Source of the DNA: Eledone cirrhosa
Taxonomy: Eukaryota
DNA length: 64,000 bases
Direction: 5' to 3'
NCBI GenBank assembly: GCA_964016885.1
Contig: OZ024758.1
Coordinates: 36,332,001 to 36,396,000 of the forward strand
Shown here one piece after another: positions 1 through 14,100 of the stretch. Under the pieces are notes generated by a model. That model was given only the letters and a program-made list of their open reading frames with translations. It searched no databases and was not told the origin of the DNA. Position numbers and translations under genes: made by a program. How positions within the stretch are numbered: position 1 is the stretch's first letter; each line of letters opens with the position of its first letter.

Positions 1-700
1 TTCATGGTATTAGCTGTCAGAAGTAACTCCACTGTTGGTGAGAATTCATTTAAGTTCATGGTATTAGCTGTCAGAAGGAACTCCAATGTTGGTGAGAATT
101 CATTTAAGTCATGGTACTAGCTGTCAGAAGTAACTCCACTGTTGGTGAGAATTCATTTAAGTTCATGGTATTAGCTGTCAGAAGGAACGCCACTGTTGGT
201 GAGAATTCATTTAAATTCATGGTATTAGCTGTCAGAAGTAACTCCACTGTTGGTGAGAATTCATTTAAGTTCATGGTACTAGCTGTCAGAAGTAACTCCA
301 ATGTTGGTGAGAATTCATTTAAATTCATGGTATTAGCTGTCAGAAGTAACTCCACTGTTGGTGAGAATTCATTTAAGTTCATGGTATTAGCTGTCAGAAG
401 TAACTCCACTGTTGGTGAGAATTCATTTAAGTTCATGGTATTAGCTGTCAGAAGTCACTCCAATGTTGGTGAGAATTCATTTAAGTCATGGTACTAGCTG
501 TCAGAAGTAACTCCACTGTTGGTGAGAATTCATTTAAGTTCATTGTATTAGCTGTCAGAAGGAACGCCACTGTTGGTGAGAATTCATTTAAGTTCATGGT
601 ATTAGCTGTCAGAAGTAACCCCACTGTTGGTGAGAATTCATTTAAGTTCATGGTACTAGCTGTCAGAAGTAACTCCAATGTTGGTGAGAATTCATTTAAG

Positions 701-3700
701 TTCATGGTATTAGCTGTCAGAAGTAACTCCACTGTTGGTAAGAATTCATTTAAGTTCATGGTATTAGCTGTCAGAAGTAACTCCACTGTTGGTGAGAATT
801 CATTTAAGTTCATGGTATTAGCTGTCAGAAGGAACGCCACTGTTGGTGAGAATTCATTTAAGTTCATGGTATTAGCTGTCAGAAGTAACTCCACTGTTGG
901 TGAGAATTCATTTAAGTTCATGGTACTAGCTGTCAGAAGTAACTCCACTGTTGGTGAGAATTCATTTAAGTTCATGGTATTAGCTGTCAGAAGTCACTCC
1001 AATGTTGGTGAGAATTCATTTAAGTTCATGGTATTAGCTGTCAGAAGTCACTCCACTGTTGGTGAGAATTCATTTAAGTTCATGGTACTAGCTGTCAGAA
1101 GTAACCCCAATGTTGGTGAGAATTCATTTAAGTTCATGGTATTAGCTGTCAGAAGTCACTCCAATGTTGGTGAGAATTCATTTAAGTTCATGGTATTAGC
1201 TGTCAGAAGTAACTCCACTGTTGGTGAGAATTCATTTAAGTTCATGGTATTAGCTGTCAGAAGTAACTCCACTGTTGGTGAGAATTCATTTAAGTTCATG
1301 GTATTAGCTGTCAGAAGTAACTCCACGGTTGGTGAGAATTCATTTAAGTCATGGTATTAGCTGTCAGAAGTAACTCCAATGTTGGTGAGAATTCATTTAA
1401 GTTCATGGTATTAGCTGTCAGAAGTCACTCCACTGTTGGTGAGAATTCATTTAAGTTCATGGTACTAGCTGTCAGAAGTAACCCCAATGTTGGTGAGAAT
1501 TCATTTAAGTTCATGGTATTAGCTGTCAGAAGTCACTCCAATGTTGGTGAGAATTCATTTAAGTTCATGGTATTAGCTGTCAGAAGTAACTCCACTGTTG
1601 GTGAGAATTCATTTAAGTTCATGGTATTAGCTGTCAGAAGTAACTCCACTGTTGGTGAGAATTCATTTAAGTTCATGGTATTAGCTGTCAGAAGTAACTC
1701 CACTGTTGGTGAGAATTCATTTAAGTTCATGGTATTAGCTGTCAGAAGGAACTCCAATGTTGGTGAGAATTCATTTAAGTCATGGTACTAGCTGTCAGAA
1801 GTAACTCCACTGTTGGTGAGAATTCATTTAAGTTCATGGTATTAGCTGTCAGAAGGAACGCCACTGTTGGTGATAATTCATTTAAATTCATGGTATTAGC
1901 TGTCAGAAGTAACTCCACTGTTGGTGAGAATTCATTTAAGTTCATGGTACTAGCTGTCAGAAGTAACTCCAATGTTGGTGAGAATTCATTTAAGTTCATG
2001 GTATTAGCTGTCAGAAGTAACTCCACTGTTGGCGAGAATTCATTTAAGTTCATGGTATTAGCTGTCAGAAGTCACTCCAATGTTGGTGAGAATTCATTTG
2101 AGTCATGGTACTAGCTGTCAGAAGTAACTCCACTGTTGGTGAGAATTCATTTAAGTTCATTGTATTAGCTGTCAGAAGGAACGCCACTGTTGGTGAGAAT
2201 TCATTTAAGTTCATGGTATTAGCTGTCAGAAGTAACTCCACTGTTGGTGAGAATTCATTTAAGTTCATGGTACTAGCTGTCAGAAGTAACTCCAATGTTG
2301 GTGAGAATTCATTTAAGTTCATGGTATTAGCTGTCAGAAGGAACTCCACTGTTGCTGAGAATTCATTTAAGTTCATGGTATTAGCTGTCAGAAGTAACTC
2401 CACTGTTGGTGAGAATTCATTTAAGTTCATGGTACTAGCTGTCAGAAGTCACTCCACTGTTGGTGAGAATACATTTAAGTTCATGGTACTAGCTGTCAGA
2501 AGTAACCCCAATGTTGGTGAGAATTCATTTAAGTTCATGGTATTAGCTGTCAGAAGTAACTCCACTGTTGGTGAGAATTCATTTAAGTTCATGGTACTAG
2601 CTGTCAGAAGTAACTCCAATGTTGGTGAGAATTCATTTAAGTTCATGGTATTAGCTGTCAGAAGGAACTCCACTGTTGCTGAGAATTCATTTAAGTTCAT
2701 GGTATTAGCTGTCAGAAGTAACTCCACTGTTGGTGAGAATTCATTTAAGTTCATGGTACTAGCTGTCAGAAGTCACTCCACTGTTGGTGAGAATACATTT
2801 AAGTTCATGGTACTAGCTGTCAGAAGTAACCCCAATGTTGGTGAGAATTCATTTAAGTTCATGGTATTAGCTGTCAGAAGTCACTCCAATGTTGGTGAGA
2901 ATTCATTTAAGTTCATGGTATTAGCTGTCAGAAGTAACTCCACTGTTGGTGAGAATTCATTTAAGTTCATGGTACTAGCTGTCAGAAGTAACTCCACTGT
3001 TGGTGAGAATTCATTTAAGTTCATGGTATTAGCTGTCAGAAGTCACTCCAATGTTGGTGAGAATTCATTTAAGTTCATGGTATTAGCTGTCAGAAGTCAC
3101 TCCACTGTTGGTGAGAATTCATTTAAGTTCATGGTACTAGCTGTCAGAAGTAACCCCAATGTTGGTGAGAATTCATTTAAGTTCATGGTATTAGCTGTCA
3201 GAAGTCACTCCAATGTTGGTGAGAATTCATTTAAGTTCATGGTATTAGCTGTCAGAAGTAACTCCACTGTTGGTGAGAATTCATTTAAGTTCATGGTATT
3301 AGCTGTCAGAAGTAACTCCACTGTTGGTGAGAATTCATTTAAGTTCATGGTATTAGCTGTCAGAAGTAACTCCACTGTTGGTGAGAATTCATTTAAGTCA
3401 TGGTATTAGCTGTCAGAAGTATCTCCAATGTTGGTGAGAATTCATTTAAGTTCATGGTATTAGCTGTCAGAAGTCACTCCACTGTTGGTGAGAATTCATT
3501 TAAGTCCATGGTACTAGCTGTCAGAAGTAACCCCAATGTTGGTGAGAATTCATTTAAGTTCATGGTATTAGCTGTCAGAAGTCACTCCAATGTTGGTGAG
3601 AATTCATTTAAGTTCATGGTATTAGCTGTCAGAAGTAACTCCACTGTTGGTGAGAATTCATTTAAGTTCATGGTATTAGCTGTCAGAAGTAACTCCACTG

Positions 3701-6700
3701 TTGGTGAGAATTCATTTAAGTTCATGGTATTAGCTGTCAGAAGTAACTCCACTGTTGGTGAGAATTCATTTAAGTTCATGGTATTAGCTGTCAGAAGGAA
3801 CTCCAATGTTGGTGAGAATTCATTTAAGTCATGGTACTAGCTGTCAGAAGTAACTCCACTGTTGGTGAGAATTCATTTAAGTTCATGGTATTAGCTGTCA
3901 GAAGGAACGCCACTGTTGGTGAGAATTCATTTAAATTCATGGTATTAGCTGTCAGAAGTAACTCCACTGTTGGTGAGAATTCATTTAGGTTCATGGTACT
4001 AGCTGTCAGAAGTAACTCCAATGTTGGTGAGAATTCATTTAAGTTCATGGTATTAGCTGTCAGAAGTAACTCCACTGTTGGTGAGAATTCATTTAAGTTC
4101 ATGGTATTAGCTGTCAGAAGTCACTCCAATGTTGGTGAGAATTCATTTAAGTCATGGTACTAGCTGTCAGAAGTAACTCCACTGTTGGTGAGAATTCATT
4201 TAAGTTTATTGTATTAGCTGTCAGAAGGAACGCCACTGTTGGTGAGAATTCATTTAAGTTCATGGTATTAGCTGTCAGAAGTAACTCCACTGTTGGTGAG
4301 AATTCATTTAAGTTCATGGTACTAGCTGTCAGAAGTAACTCCAATGTTGGTGAGAATTCATTTAAGTTCATGGTATTAGCTGTCAGAAGGAACTCCACTG
4401 TTGCTGAGAATTCATTTAAGTTCATGGTATTAGCTATCAGAAGTAACTCCACTGTTGGTGAGAATTCATTTAAGTTCATGGTACTAGCTGTCAGAAGTCA
4501 CTCCACTGTTGGTGAGAATACATTTAAGTTCATGGTACTAGCTGTCAGTAGTAACCCCAATGTTGGTGAGAATTCATTTAAGTTCATGGTATTAGCTGTC
4601 AGAAGTCACTCCAATGTTGGTGAGAATTCATTTAAGTTCATGGTATTAGCTGTCAGAAGTCACTCCACTGTTGGTGAGAATTCATTTAAGTTCATGGTAC
4701 TAGCTGTCAGAAGTAACCCCAATGTTGGTGAGAATTCATTTAAGTTCATGGTATTAGCTGTCAGAAGTCACTCCAATGTTGGTGAGAATTCATTTAAGTT
4801 CATGGTATTAGCTGTCAGAAGTAACTCCACTGTTGGTGAGAATTCATTTAAGTTCATGGTATTAGCTGTCAGAAGTAACTCCACTGTTGGTGAGAATTCA
4901 TTTAAGTTCATGGTATTAGCTGTCAGAAGTAACTCCACTGTTGGTGAGAATTCATTTAAGTCATGGTATTAGCTGTCAGAAGTAACTCCAATGTTGGTGA
5001 GAATTCATTTAAGTTCATGGTATTAGCTGTCAGAAGTCACTCCACTGTTGGTGAGAATTCATTTACGTTCATGGTACTAGCTGTCAGAAGTAACCCCAAT
5101 GTTGGTGAGAATTCATTTAAGTTCATGGTATTAGCTGTCAGAAGTCACTCCAATGTTGGTGAGAATTCATTTAAGTTCATGGTATTAGCTGTCAGAAGTA
5201 ACTCCACTGTTGGTGAGAATTCATTTAAGTTCATGGTATTAGCTGTCAGAAGTAACTCCACTGTTGGTGAGAATTAATTTAAGTTCATGGTATTAGCTGT
5301 CAGAAGTAACTCCACTGTTGGTGAGAATTCATTTAAGTTCATGGTATTAGCTGTCAGAAGGAACTCCAATGTTGGTGAGAATTCATTTAAGTCATGGTAC
5401 TAGCTGTCAGAAGTAACTCCACTGTTGGTGAGAATTCATTTAAGTTCATGGTATTAGCTGTCAGAAGGAACGCCACTGTTGGTGAGAATTCATTTAAGTT
5501 CATGGTACTAGCTGTCAGAAGTCACTCCACTGTTGGTGAGAATACATTTAAGTTCATGGTACTAGCTGTCAGAAGTAACCCCAATGTTGGTGAGAATTCA
5601 TTTAAGTTCATGGTATTAGCTGTCAGAAGTCACTCCAATGTTGGTGAGAATTCATTTAAGTTGATGGTATTAGCTGTCAGAAGTAACTCCACTGTTGGTA
5701 AGAATTCATTTAAGTTCATGGTATTAGCTGTCAGAAGTAACTCCACTGTTGGTGAGAATTCATTTAAGTTCATGGTATTAGCTGTCAGAAGGAACGCCAC
5801 TGTTGGTGAGAATTCATTTAAGTTCATGGTATTAGCTGTCAGAAGTAACTCCACTGTTGGTGAGAATTCATTTAAGTTCATGGTACTAGCTGTCAGAAGT
5901 AACTCCACTGTTGGTGAGAATTCATTTAAGTTCATGGTATTAGCTGTCAGAAGTCACTCCAATGTTGGTGAGAATTCATTTAAGTTCATGGTATTAGCTG
6001 TCAGAAGTCACTCCACTGTTGGTGAGAATTCATTTAAGTTCATGGTACTAGCTGTCAGAAGTAACCCCAATGTTGGTGAGAATTCATTTAAGTTCATGGT
6101 ATTAGCTGTCAGAAGTCACTCCAATGTTGGTGAGAATTCATTTAAGTTCATGGTATTAGCTGTCAGAAGTAACTCCACTGTTGGTGAGAATTCATTTAAG
6201 TTCATGGTATTAGCTGTCAGAAGTAACTCCACTGTTGGTGAGAATTCATTTAAGTTCATGGTATTAGCTGTCAGAAGTAACTCCACTGTTGGTGAGAATT
6301 CATTTAAGTCATGGTATTAGCTGTCAGAAGTAACTCCAATGTTGGTGAGAATTCATTTAAGTTCATGGTATTAGCTGTCAGAAGTCACTCCACTGTTGGT
6401 GAGAATTCATTTAAGTTCATGGTACTAGCTGTCAGAAGTAACCCCAATGTTGGTGAGAATTCATTTAAGTTCATGGTATTAGCTGTCAGAAGTCACTCCA
6501 ATGTTGGTGAGAATTCATTTAAGTTGATGGTATTAGCTGTCAGAAGTAACTCCACTGTTGGTAAGAATTCATTTAAGTTCATGGTATTAGCTGTCAGAAG
6601 TAACTCCACTGTTGGTGAGAATTCATTTAAGTTCATGGTATTAGCTGTCAGAAGGAACGCCACTGTTGGTGAGAATTCATTTAAGTTCATGGTATTAGCT

Positions 6701-9700
6701 GTCAGAAGTAACTCCACTGTTGGTGAGAATTCATTTAAGTTCATGGTACTAGCTGTCAGAAGTAACTCCACTGTTGGTGAGAATTCATTTAAGTTCATGG
6801 TATTAGCTGTCAGAAGTCACTCCAATGTTGGTGAGAATTCATTTAAGTTCATGGTATTAGCTGTCAGAAGTCACTCCACTGTTGGTGAGAATTCATTTAA
6901 GTTCATGGTACTAGCTGTCAGAAGTAACCCCAATGTTGGTGAGAATTCATTTAAGTTCATGGTATTAGCTGTCAGAAGTCACTCCAATGTTGGTGAGAAT
7001 TCATTTAAGTTCATGGTATTAGCTGTCAGAAGTAACTCCACTGTTGGTGAGAATTCATTTAAGTTCATGGTATTAGCTGTCAGAAGTAACTCCACTGTTG
7101 GTGAGAATTCATTTAAGTTCATGGTATTAGCTGTCAGAAGTAACTCCACTGTTGGTGAGAATTCATTTAAGTCATGGTATTAGCTGTCAGAAGTAACTCC
7201 AATGTTGGTGAGAATTCATTTAAGTTCATGGTATTAGCTGTCAGAAGTCACTCCACTGTTGGTGAGAATTCATTTAAGTTCATGGTACTAGCTGTCAGAA
7301 GTAACCCCAATGTTGGTGAGAATTCATTTAAGTTCATGGTATTAGCTGTCAGAATTCACTCCAATGTTGGTGAGAATTCATTTAAGTTCATGGTATTAGC
7401 TGTCAGAAGTAACTCCACTGTTGGTGAGAATTCATTTAAGTTCATGGTATTAGCTGTCAGAAGTAACTCCACTGTTGGTGAGAATTCATTTAAGTTCATG
7501 GTATTAGCTGTCAGAAGTAACTCCACTGTTGGTGAGAATTCATTTAAGTTCATGGTATTAGCTGTCAGAAGGAACTCCAATGTTGGTGAGAATTCATTTA
7601 AGTCATGGTACTAGCTGTCAGAAGTAACTCCACTGTTGGTGAGAATTCATTTAAGTTCATGGTATTAGCTGTCAGAAGGAACGCCACTGTTGGTGAGAAT
7701 TCATTTAAATTCATGGTATTAGCTGTCAGAAGTAACTCCACTGTTGGTGAGAATTCATTTAAGTTCATGGTACTAGCTGTCAGAAGTAACTCCAATGTTG
7801 GTGAGAATTCATTTAAGTTCATGGTATTAGCTGTCAGAAGTAACTCCACTGTTGGCGAGAATTCATTTAAGTTCATGGTATTAGCTGTCAGAAGTCACTC
7901 CAATGTTGGTGAGAATTCATTTGAGTCATGGTACTAGCTGTCAGAAGTAACTCCACTGTTGGTGAGAATTCATTTAAGTTCATTGTATTAGCTGTCAGAA
8001 GGAACGCCACTGTTGGTGAGAATTCATTTAAGTTCATGGTATTAGCTGTCAGAAGTAACTCCACTGTTGGTGAGAATTCATTTAAGTTCATGGTACTAGC
8101 TGTCAGAAGTAACTCCAATGTTGGTGAGAATTCATTTAAGTTCATGGTATTAGCTGTCAGAAGGAACTCCACTGTTGCTGAGAATTCATTTAAGTTCATG
8201 GTATTAGCTGTCAGAAGTAACTCCACTGTTGGCGAGAATTCATTTAAGTTCATGGTACTAGCTGTCAGAAGTCACTCCACTGTTGGTGAGAATACATTTA
8301 AGTTCATGGTACTAGCTGTCAGAAGTAACCCCAATGTTGGTGAGAATTCATTTAAGTTCATGGTATTAGCTGTCAGAAGTAACTCCACTGTTGGTGAGAA
8401 TTCATTTAAGTTCATGGTACTAGCTGTCAGAAGTAACTCCAATGTTGGTGAGAATTCATTTAAGTTCATGGTATTAGCTGTCAGAAGGAACTCCACTGTT
8501 GCTGAGAATTCATTTAAGTTCATGGTATTAGCTGTCAGAAGTAACTCCACTGTTGGTGAGAATTCATTTAAGTTCATGGTACTAGCTGTCAGAAGTCACT
8601 CCACTGTTGGTGAGAATACATTTAAGTTCATGGTACTAGCTGTCAGAAGTAACCCCAATGTTGGTGAGAATTCATTTAAGTTCATGGTATTAGCTGTCAG
8701 AAGTCACTCCAATGTTGGTGAGAATTCATTTAAGTTCATGGTATTAGCTGTCAGAAATAACTCCACTGTTGGTGAGAATTCATTTAAGTTCATGGTACTA
8801 GCTGTCAGAAGTAACTCCACTGTTGGTGAGAATTCATTTAAGTTCATGGTATTAGCTGTCAGAAGTCACTCCAATGTTGGTGAGAATTCATTTAAGTTCA
8901 TGGTATTAGCTGTCAGAAGTCACTCCACTGTTGGTGAGAATTCATTTAAGTTCATGGTACTAGCTGTCAGAAGTAACCCCAATGTTGGTGAGAATTCATT
9001 TAAGTTCATGGTATTAGCTGTCAGAAGTCACTCCAATGTTGGTGAGATTTCATTTAAGTTCATGGTATTAGCTGTCAGAAGTAACTCCACTGTTGGTGAG
9101 AATTCATTTAAGTTCATGGTATTAGCTGTCAGAAGTAACTCCACTGTTGGTGAGAATTCATTTAAGTTCATGGTATTAGCTGTCAGAAGTAACTCCACTG
9201 TTGGTGAGAATTCATTTAAGTCATGGTATTAGCTGTCAGAAGTATCTCCAATGTTGGTGAGAATTCATTTAAGTTCATGGTATTAGCTGTCAGAAGTCAC
9301 TCCACTGTTGGTGAGAATTCATTTAAGTTCATGGTACTAGCTGTCAGAAGTAACCCCAATGTTGGTGAGAATTCATTTAAGTTCATGGTATTAGCTGTCA
9401 GAAGTCACTCCAATGTTGGTGAGAATTCATTTAAGTTCATGGTATTAGCTGTCAGAAGTAACTCCACTGTTGGTGAGAATTCATTTAAGTTCATGGTATT
9501 AGCTGTCAGAAGTAACTCCACTGTTGGTGAGAATTCATTTAAGTTCATGGTATTAGCTGTCAGAAGTAACTCCACTGTTGGTGAGAATTCATTTAAGTTC
9601 ATGGTATTAGCTGTCAGAAGGAACTCCAATGTTGGTGAGAATTCATTTAAGTCATGGTACTAGCTGTCAGAAGTAACTCCACTGTTGGTGAGAATTCATT

Positions 9701-9920
9701 TAAGTTCATGGTATTAGCTGTCAGAAGGAACGCCACTGTTGGTGAGAATTCATTTAAATTCATGGTATTAGCTGTCAGAAGTAACTCCACTGTTGGTGAG
9801 AATTCATTTAAGTTCATGGTACTAGCTGTCAGAAGTAACTCCAATGTTGGTGAGAATTCATTTAAGTTCATGGTATTAGCTGTCAGAAGTAACTCCACTG
9901 TTGGTGAGAATTCATTTAAG
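701..9920. repeat. About 3.4-kb block duplicated within the array (about 701-4098 and 6524-9920), offset 5823 bp = 108 monomers
   Basis: Deletion junctions align at a constant offset (1351/7174, 1782/7605, 2105/7928, 3400/9223, 3831/9654). Rare SNPs are shared: ggcgag 2033/7856, tttgag 2100/7923, agtatc 3422/9245. Confidence 0.9.
5500..7180. repeat. 16-monomer (863 bp) tandem duplication
   Basis: The private variant ttGatgg occurs at 5663 and 6526, and deletion junctions 6311/7174 share the 863-bp offset. The left boundary is approximate. Confidence 0.85.
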
Positions 9921-11159
9921 TTCATGGTACTAGCTGTCAGAAGTAACCCCAATGTTGGTGAGAATTCATTTAAGTTCATGGTATTAGCTGTCAGAAGTCA
10001 CTCCAATGTTGGTGAGAATTCATTTAAGTTCATGGTATTAGCTGTCAGAAGTAACTCCACTGTTGGTGAGAATTCATTTAAGTTCATGGTATTAGCTGTC
10101 AGAAGTAACTCCACTGTTGGTGAGAATTCATTTAAGTTCATGGTATTAGCTGTCAGAAGTAACTCCACTGTTGGTGAGAATTCATTTAAGTTCATGGTAT
10201 TAGCTGTCAGAAGGAACTCCAATGTTGGTGAGAATTCATTTAAGTCATGGTACTAGCTGTCAGAAGTAACTCCACTGTTGGTGAGAATTCATTTAAGTTC
10301 ATGGTATTAGCTGTCAGAAGGAACGCCACTGTTGGTGAGAATTCATTTAAATTCATGGTATTAGCTGTCAGAAGTAACTCCACTGTTGGTGAGAATTCAT
10401 TTAAGTCCATGGTGCTAGCTGTCAGAAGTAACTCCAATGTTGGTGAGAATTCATTTAAGTTCATGGTATTAGCTGTCAGAAGTAACTCCACTGTTGGTGA
10501 GAATTCATTTAAGTTCATGGTATTAGCTGTCAGAAGTCACTCCAATGTTGGTGAGAATTCATTTAAGTCATGGTACTAGCTGTCAGAAGTAACTCCACTG
10601 TTGGTGAGAATTCATTTAAGTTCATTGTATTAGCTGTCAGAAGGAACGCCACTGTTGGTGAGAATTCATTTAAGTTCATGGTATTAGCTGTCAGAAGTAA
10701 CTCCACTGTTGGTGAGAATTCATTTAAGTTCATGGTACTAGCTGTCAGAAGTAACTCCACTGTTGGTGAGAATTCATTTAAGTTCATGGTATTAGCTGTC
10801 AGAAGTAACTCCACTGTTGGTGAGAATTCATTTAAGTCATGGTATTAGCTGTCAGAAGTAACTCCAATGTTGGTGAGAATTCATTTAAGTTCATGGTATT
10901 AGCTGTCAGAAGTCACTCCACTGTTGGTGAGAATTCATTTAAGTTCATGGTATTAGCTGTCAGAAGTAACTCCACTGTTGGTGAGAATTCATTTAAGTTC
11001 ATGGTATTAGCTGTCAGAAGTAACTCCACTGTTGGTGAGAATTCATTTAAGTTCATGGTATTAGCTGTCAGAAGTAACTCCACTGTTGGTGAGAATTCAT
11101 TTAAGTTCATGGTATTAGCTGTCAGAAGGAACTCCAATGTTGGTGAGAATTCATTTAAG

Positions 11160-14100
11160 TCATGGTACTAGCTGTCAGAAGTAACTCCACTGTTGGTGAG
11201 AATTCATTTAAGTTCATGGTATTAGCTGTCAGAAGGAACGCCACTGTTGGTGAGAATTCATTTAAATTCATGGTATTAGCTGTCAGAAGTAACTCCACTG
11301 TTGGTGAGAATTCATTTAAGTTCATGGTACTAGCTGTCAGAAGTAACTCCAATGTTGGTGAGAATTCATTTAAGTTCATGGTATTAGCTGTCAGAAGTAA
11401 CTCCACTGTTGGCGAGAATTCATTTAAGTTCATGGTATTAGCTGTCAGAAGTCACTCCAATGTTGGTGAGAATTCATTTGAGTCATGGTACTAGCTGTCA
11501 GAAGTAACTCCACTGTTGGTGAGAATTCATTTAAATTCATTGTATTAGCTGTCAGAAGGAACGCCACTGTTGGTGAGAATTCATTTAAGTTCATGGTATT
11601 AGCTGTCAGAAGTAACTCCACTGTTGGTGAGAATTCATTTAAGTTCATGGTACTAGCTGTCAGAAGTAACTCCAATGTTGGTGAGAATTCATTTAAGTTC
11701 ATGGTATTAGCTGTCAGAAGGAACTCCACTGTTGCTGAGAATTCATTTAAGTTCATGGTATTAGCTGTCAGAAGTAACTCCACTGTTGGTGAGAATTCAT
11801 TTAAGTTCATGGTACTAGCTGTCAGAAGTCACTCCACTGTTGGTGAGAATACATTTAAGTTCATGGTACTAGCTGTCAGAAGTAACCCCAATGTTGGTGA
11901 GAATTCATTTAAGTTCATGGTATTAGCTGTCAGAAGTAACTCCACTGTTGGTGAGAATTCATTTAAGTTCATGGTACTAGCTGTCAGAAGTAACTCCAAT
12001 GTTGGTGAGAATTCATTTAAGTTCATGGTATTAGCTGTCAGAAGGAACTCCACTGTTGCTGAGAATTCATTTAAGTTCATGGTATTAGCTGTCAGAAGTA
12101 ACTCCACTGTTGGTGAGAATTCATTTAAGTTCATGGTACTAGCTGTCAGAAGTCACTCCACTGTTGGTGAGAATACATTTAAGTTCATGGTACTAGCTGT
12201 CAGAAGTAACCCCAATGTTGGTGAGAATTCATTTAACTTCATGGTATTAGCTGTCAGAAGTCACTCCAATGTTGGTGAGAATTCATTTAAGTTCATGGTA
12301 TTAGCTGTCAGAAGTAACTCCACTGTTGGTGAGAATTCATTTAAGTTCATGGTACTAGCTGTCAGAAGTAACTCCACTGTTGGTGAGAATTCATTTAAGT
12401 TCATGGTATTAGCTGTCAGAAGTCACTCCAATGTTGGTGAGAATTCATTTAAGTTCATGGTATTAGCTGTCAGAAGTCACTCCACTGTTGGTGAGAATTC
12501 ATTTAAGTTCATGGTACTAGCTGTCAGAAGTAACCCCAATGTTGGTGAGAATTCATTTAAGTTCATGGTATTAGCTGTCAGAAGTCACTCCAATGTTGGT
12601 GAGAATTCATTTAAGTTCATGGTATTAGCTGTCAGAAGTAACTCCACTGTTGGTGAGAATTCATTTAAGTTCATGGTATTAGCTGTCAGAAGTAACTCCA
12701 CTGTTGGTGAGAATTCATTTAAGTTCATGGTATTAGCTGTCAGAAGTAACTCCACTGTTGGTGAGAATTCATTTAAGTCATGGTATTAGCTGTCAGAAGT
12801 ATCTCCAATGTTGGTGAGAATTCATTTAAGTTCATGGTATTAGCTGTCAGAAGTAACTCCACTGTTGGTGAGAATTCATTTAAGTTCATGGTATTAGCTG
12901 TCAGAAGTAACTCCACTGTTGGTGAGAATTCATTTAAGTTCATGGTATTAGCTGTCAGAAGTAACTCCACTGTTGGTGAGAATTCATTTAAGTTCATGGT
13001 ATTAGCTGTCAGAAGGAACTCCAATGTTGGTGAGAATTCATTTAAGTCATGGTACTAGCTGTCAGAAGTAACTCCACTGTTGGTGAGAATTCATTTAAGT
13101 TCATGGTATTAGCTGTCAGAAGGAACTCCAATGTTGGTGAGAATTCATTTAAGTCATGGTACTAGCTGTCAGAAGTAACTCCACTGTTGGTGAGAATTCA
13201 TTTAAGTTCATGGTATTAGCTGTCAGAAGGAACGCCACTGTTGGTGAGAATTCATTTAAATTCATGGTATTAGCTGTCAGAAGTAACTCCACTGTTGGTG
13301 AGAATTCATTTAAGTTCATGGTACTAGCTGTCAGAAGTAACTCCAATGTTGGTGAGAATTCATTTAAGTTCATGGTATTAGCTGTCAGAAGTAACTCCAC
13401 TGTTGGCGAGAATTCATTTAAGTTCATGGTATTAGCTGTCAGAAGTCACTCCAATGTTGGTGAGAATTCATTTGAGTCATGGTACTAGCTGTCAGAAGTA
13501 ACTCCACTGTTGGTGAGAATTCATTTAAATTCATTGTATTAGCTGTCAGAAGGAACGCCACTGTTGGTGAGAATTCATTTAAGTTCATGGTATTAGCTGT
13601 CAGAAGTAACTCCACTGTTGGTGAGAATTCATTTAAGTTCATGGTACTAGCTGTCAGAAGTAACTCCAATGTTGGTGAGAATTCATTTAAGTTCATGGTA
13701 TTAGCTGTCAGAAGGAACTCCACTGTTGCTGAGAATTCATTTAAGTTCATGGTATTAGCTGTCAGAAGTAACTCCACTGTTGGTGAGAATTCATTTAAGT
13801 TCATGGTACTAGCTGTCAGAAGTCACTCCACTGTTGGTGAGAATACATTTAAGTTCATGGTACTAGCTGTCAGAAGTAACCCCAATGTTGGTGAGAATTC
13901 ATTTAAGTTCATGGTATTAGCTGTCAGAAGTAACTCCACTGTTGGTGAGAATTCATTTAAGTTCATGGTACTAGCTGTCAGAAGTAACTCCAATGTTGGT
14001 GAGAATTCATTTAAGTTCATGGTATTAGCTGTCAGAAGGAACTCCACTGTTGCTGAGAATTCATTTAAGTTCATGGTATTAGCTGTCAGAAGTAACTCCA

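Noticed and set aside
1-54. Telomeric repeat, tRNA/5S-derived unit, CENP-B box or named satellite family
   Set aside because: No such motif is recognisable to me in the monomer, and a database search would be required for any family assignment.
24-59. Short palindromes or hairpins (GAATTC, AGCT, ccaa-tg-ttgg in aat variants) and a ttcat direct repeat 10 bp apart
   Set aside because: They are too short and weak to support a structured RNA, terminator or binding-site call.
488-497. Overlapping stop/start (…SWY* overlapping the next ATG) resembling translational coupling or programmed frameshifting
   Set aside because: It is an automatic consequence of the 1-bp deletion just upstream of the ATG present in nearly every monomer.
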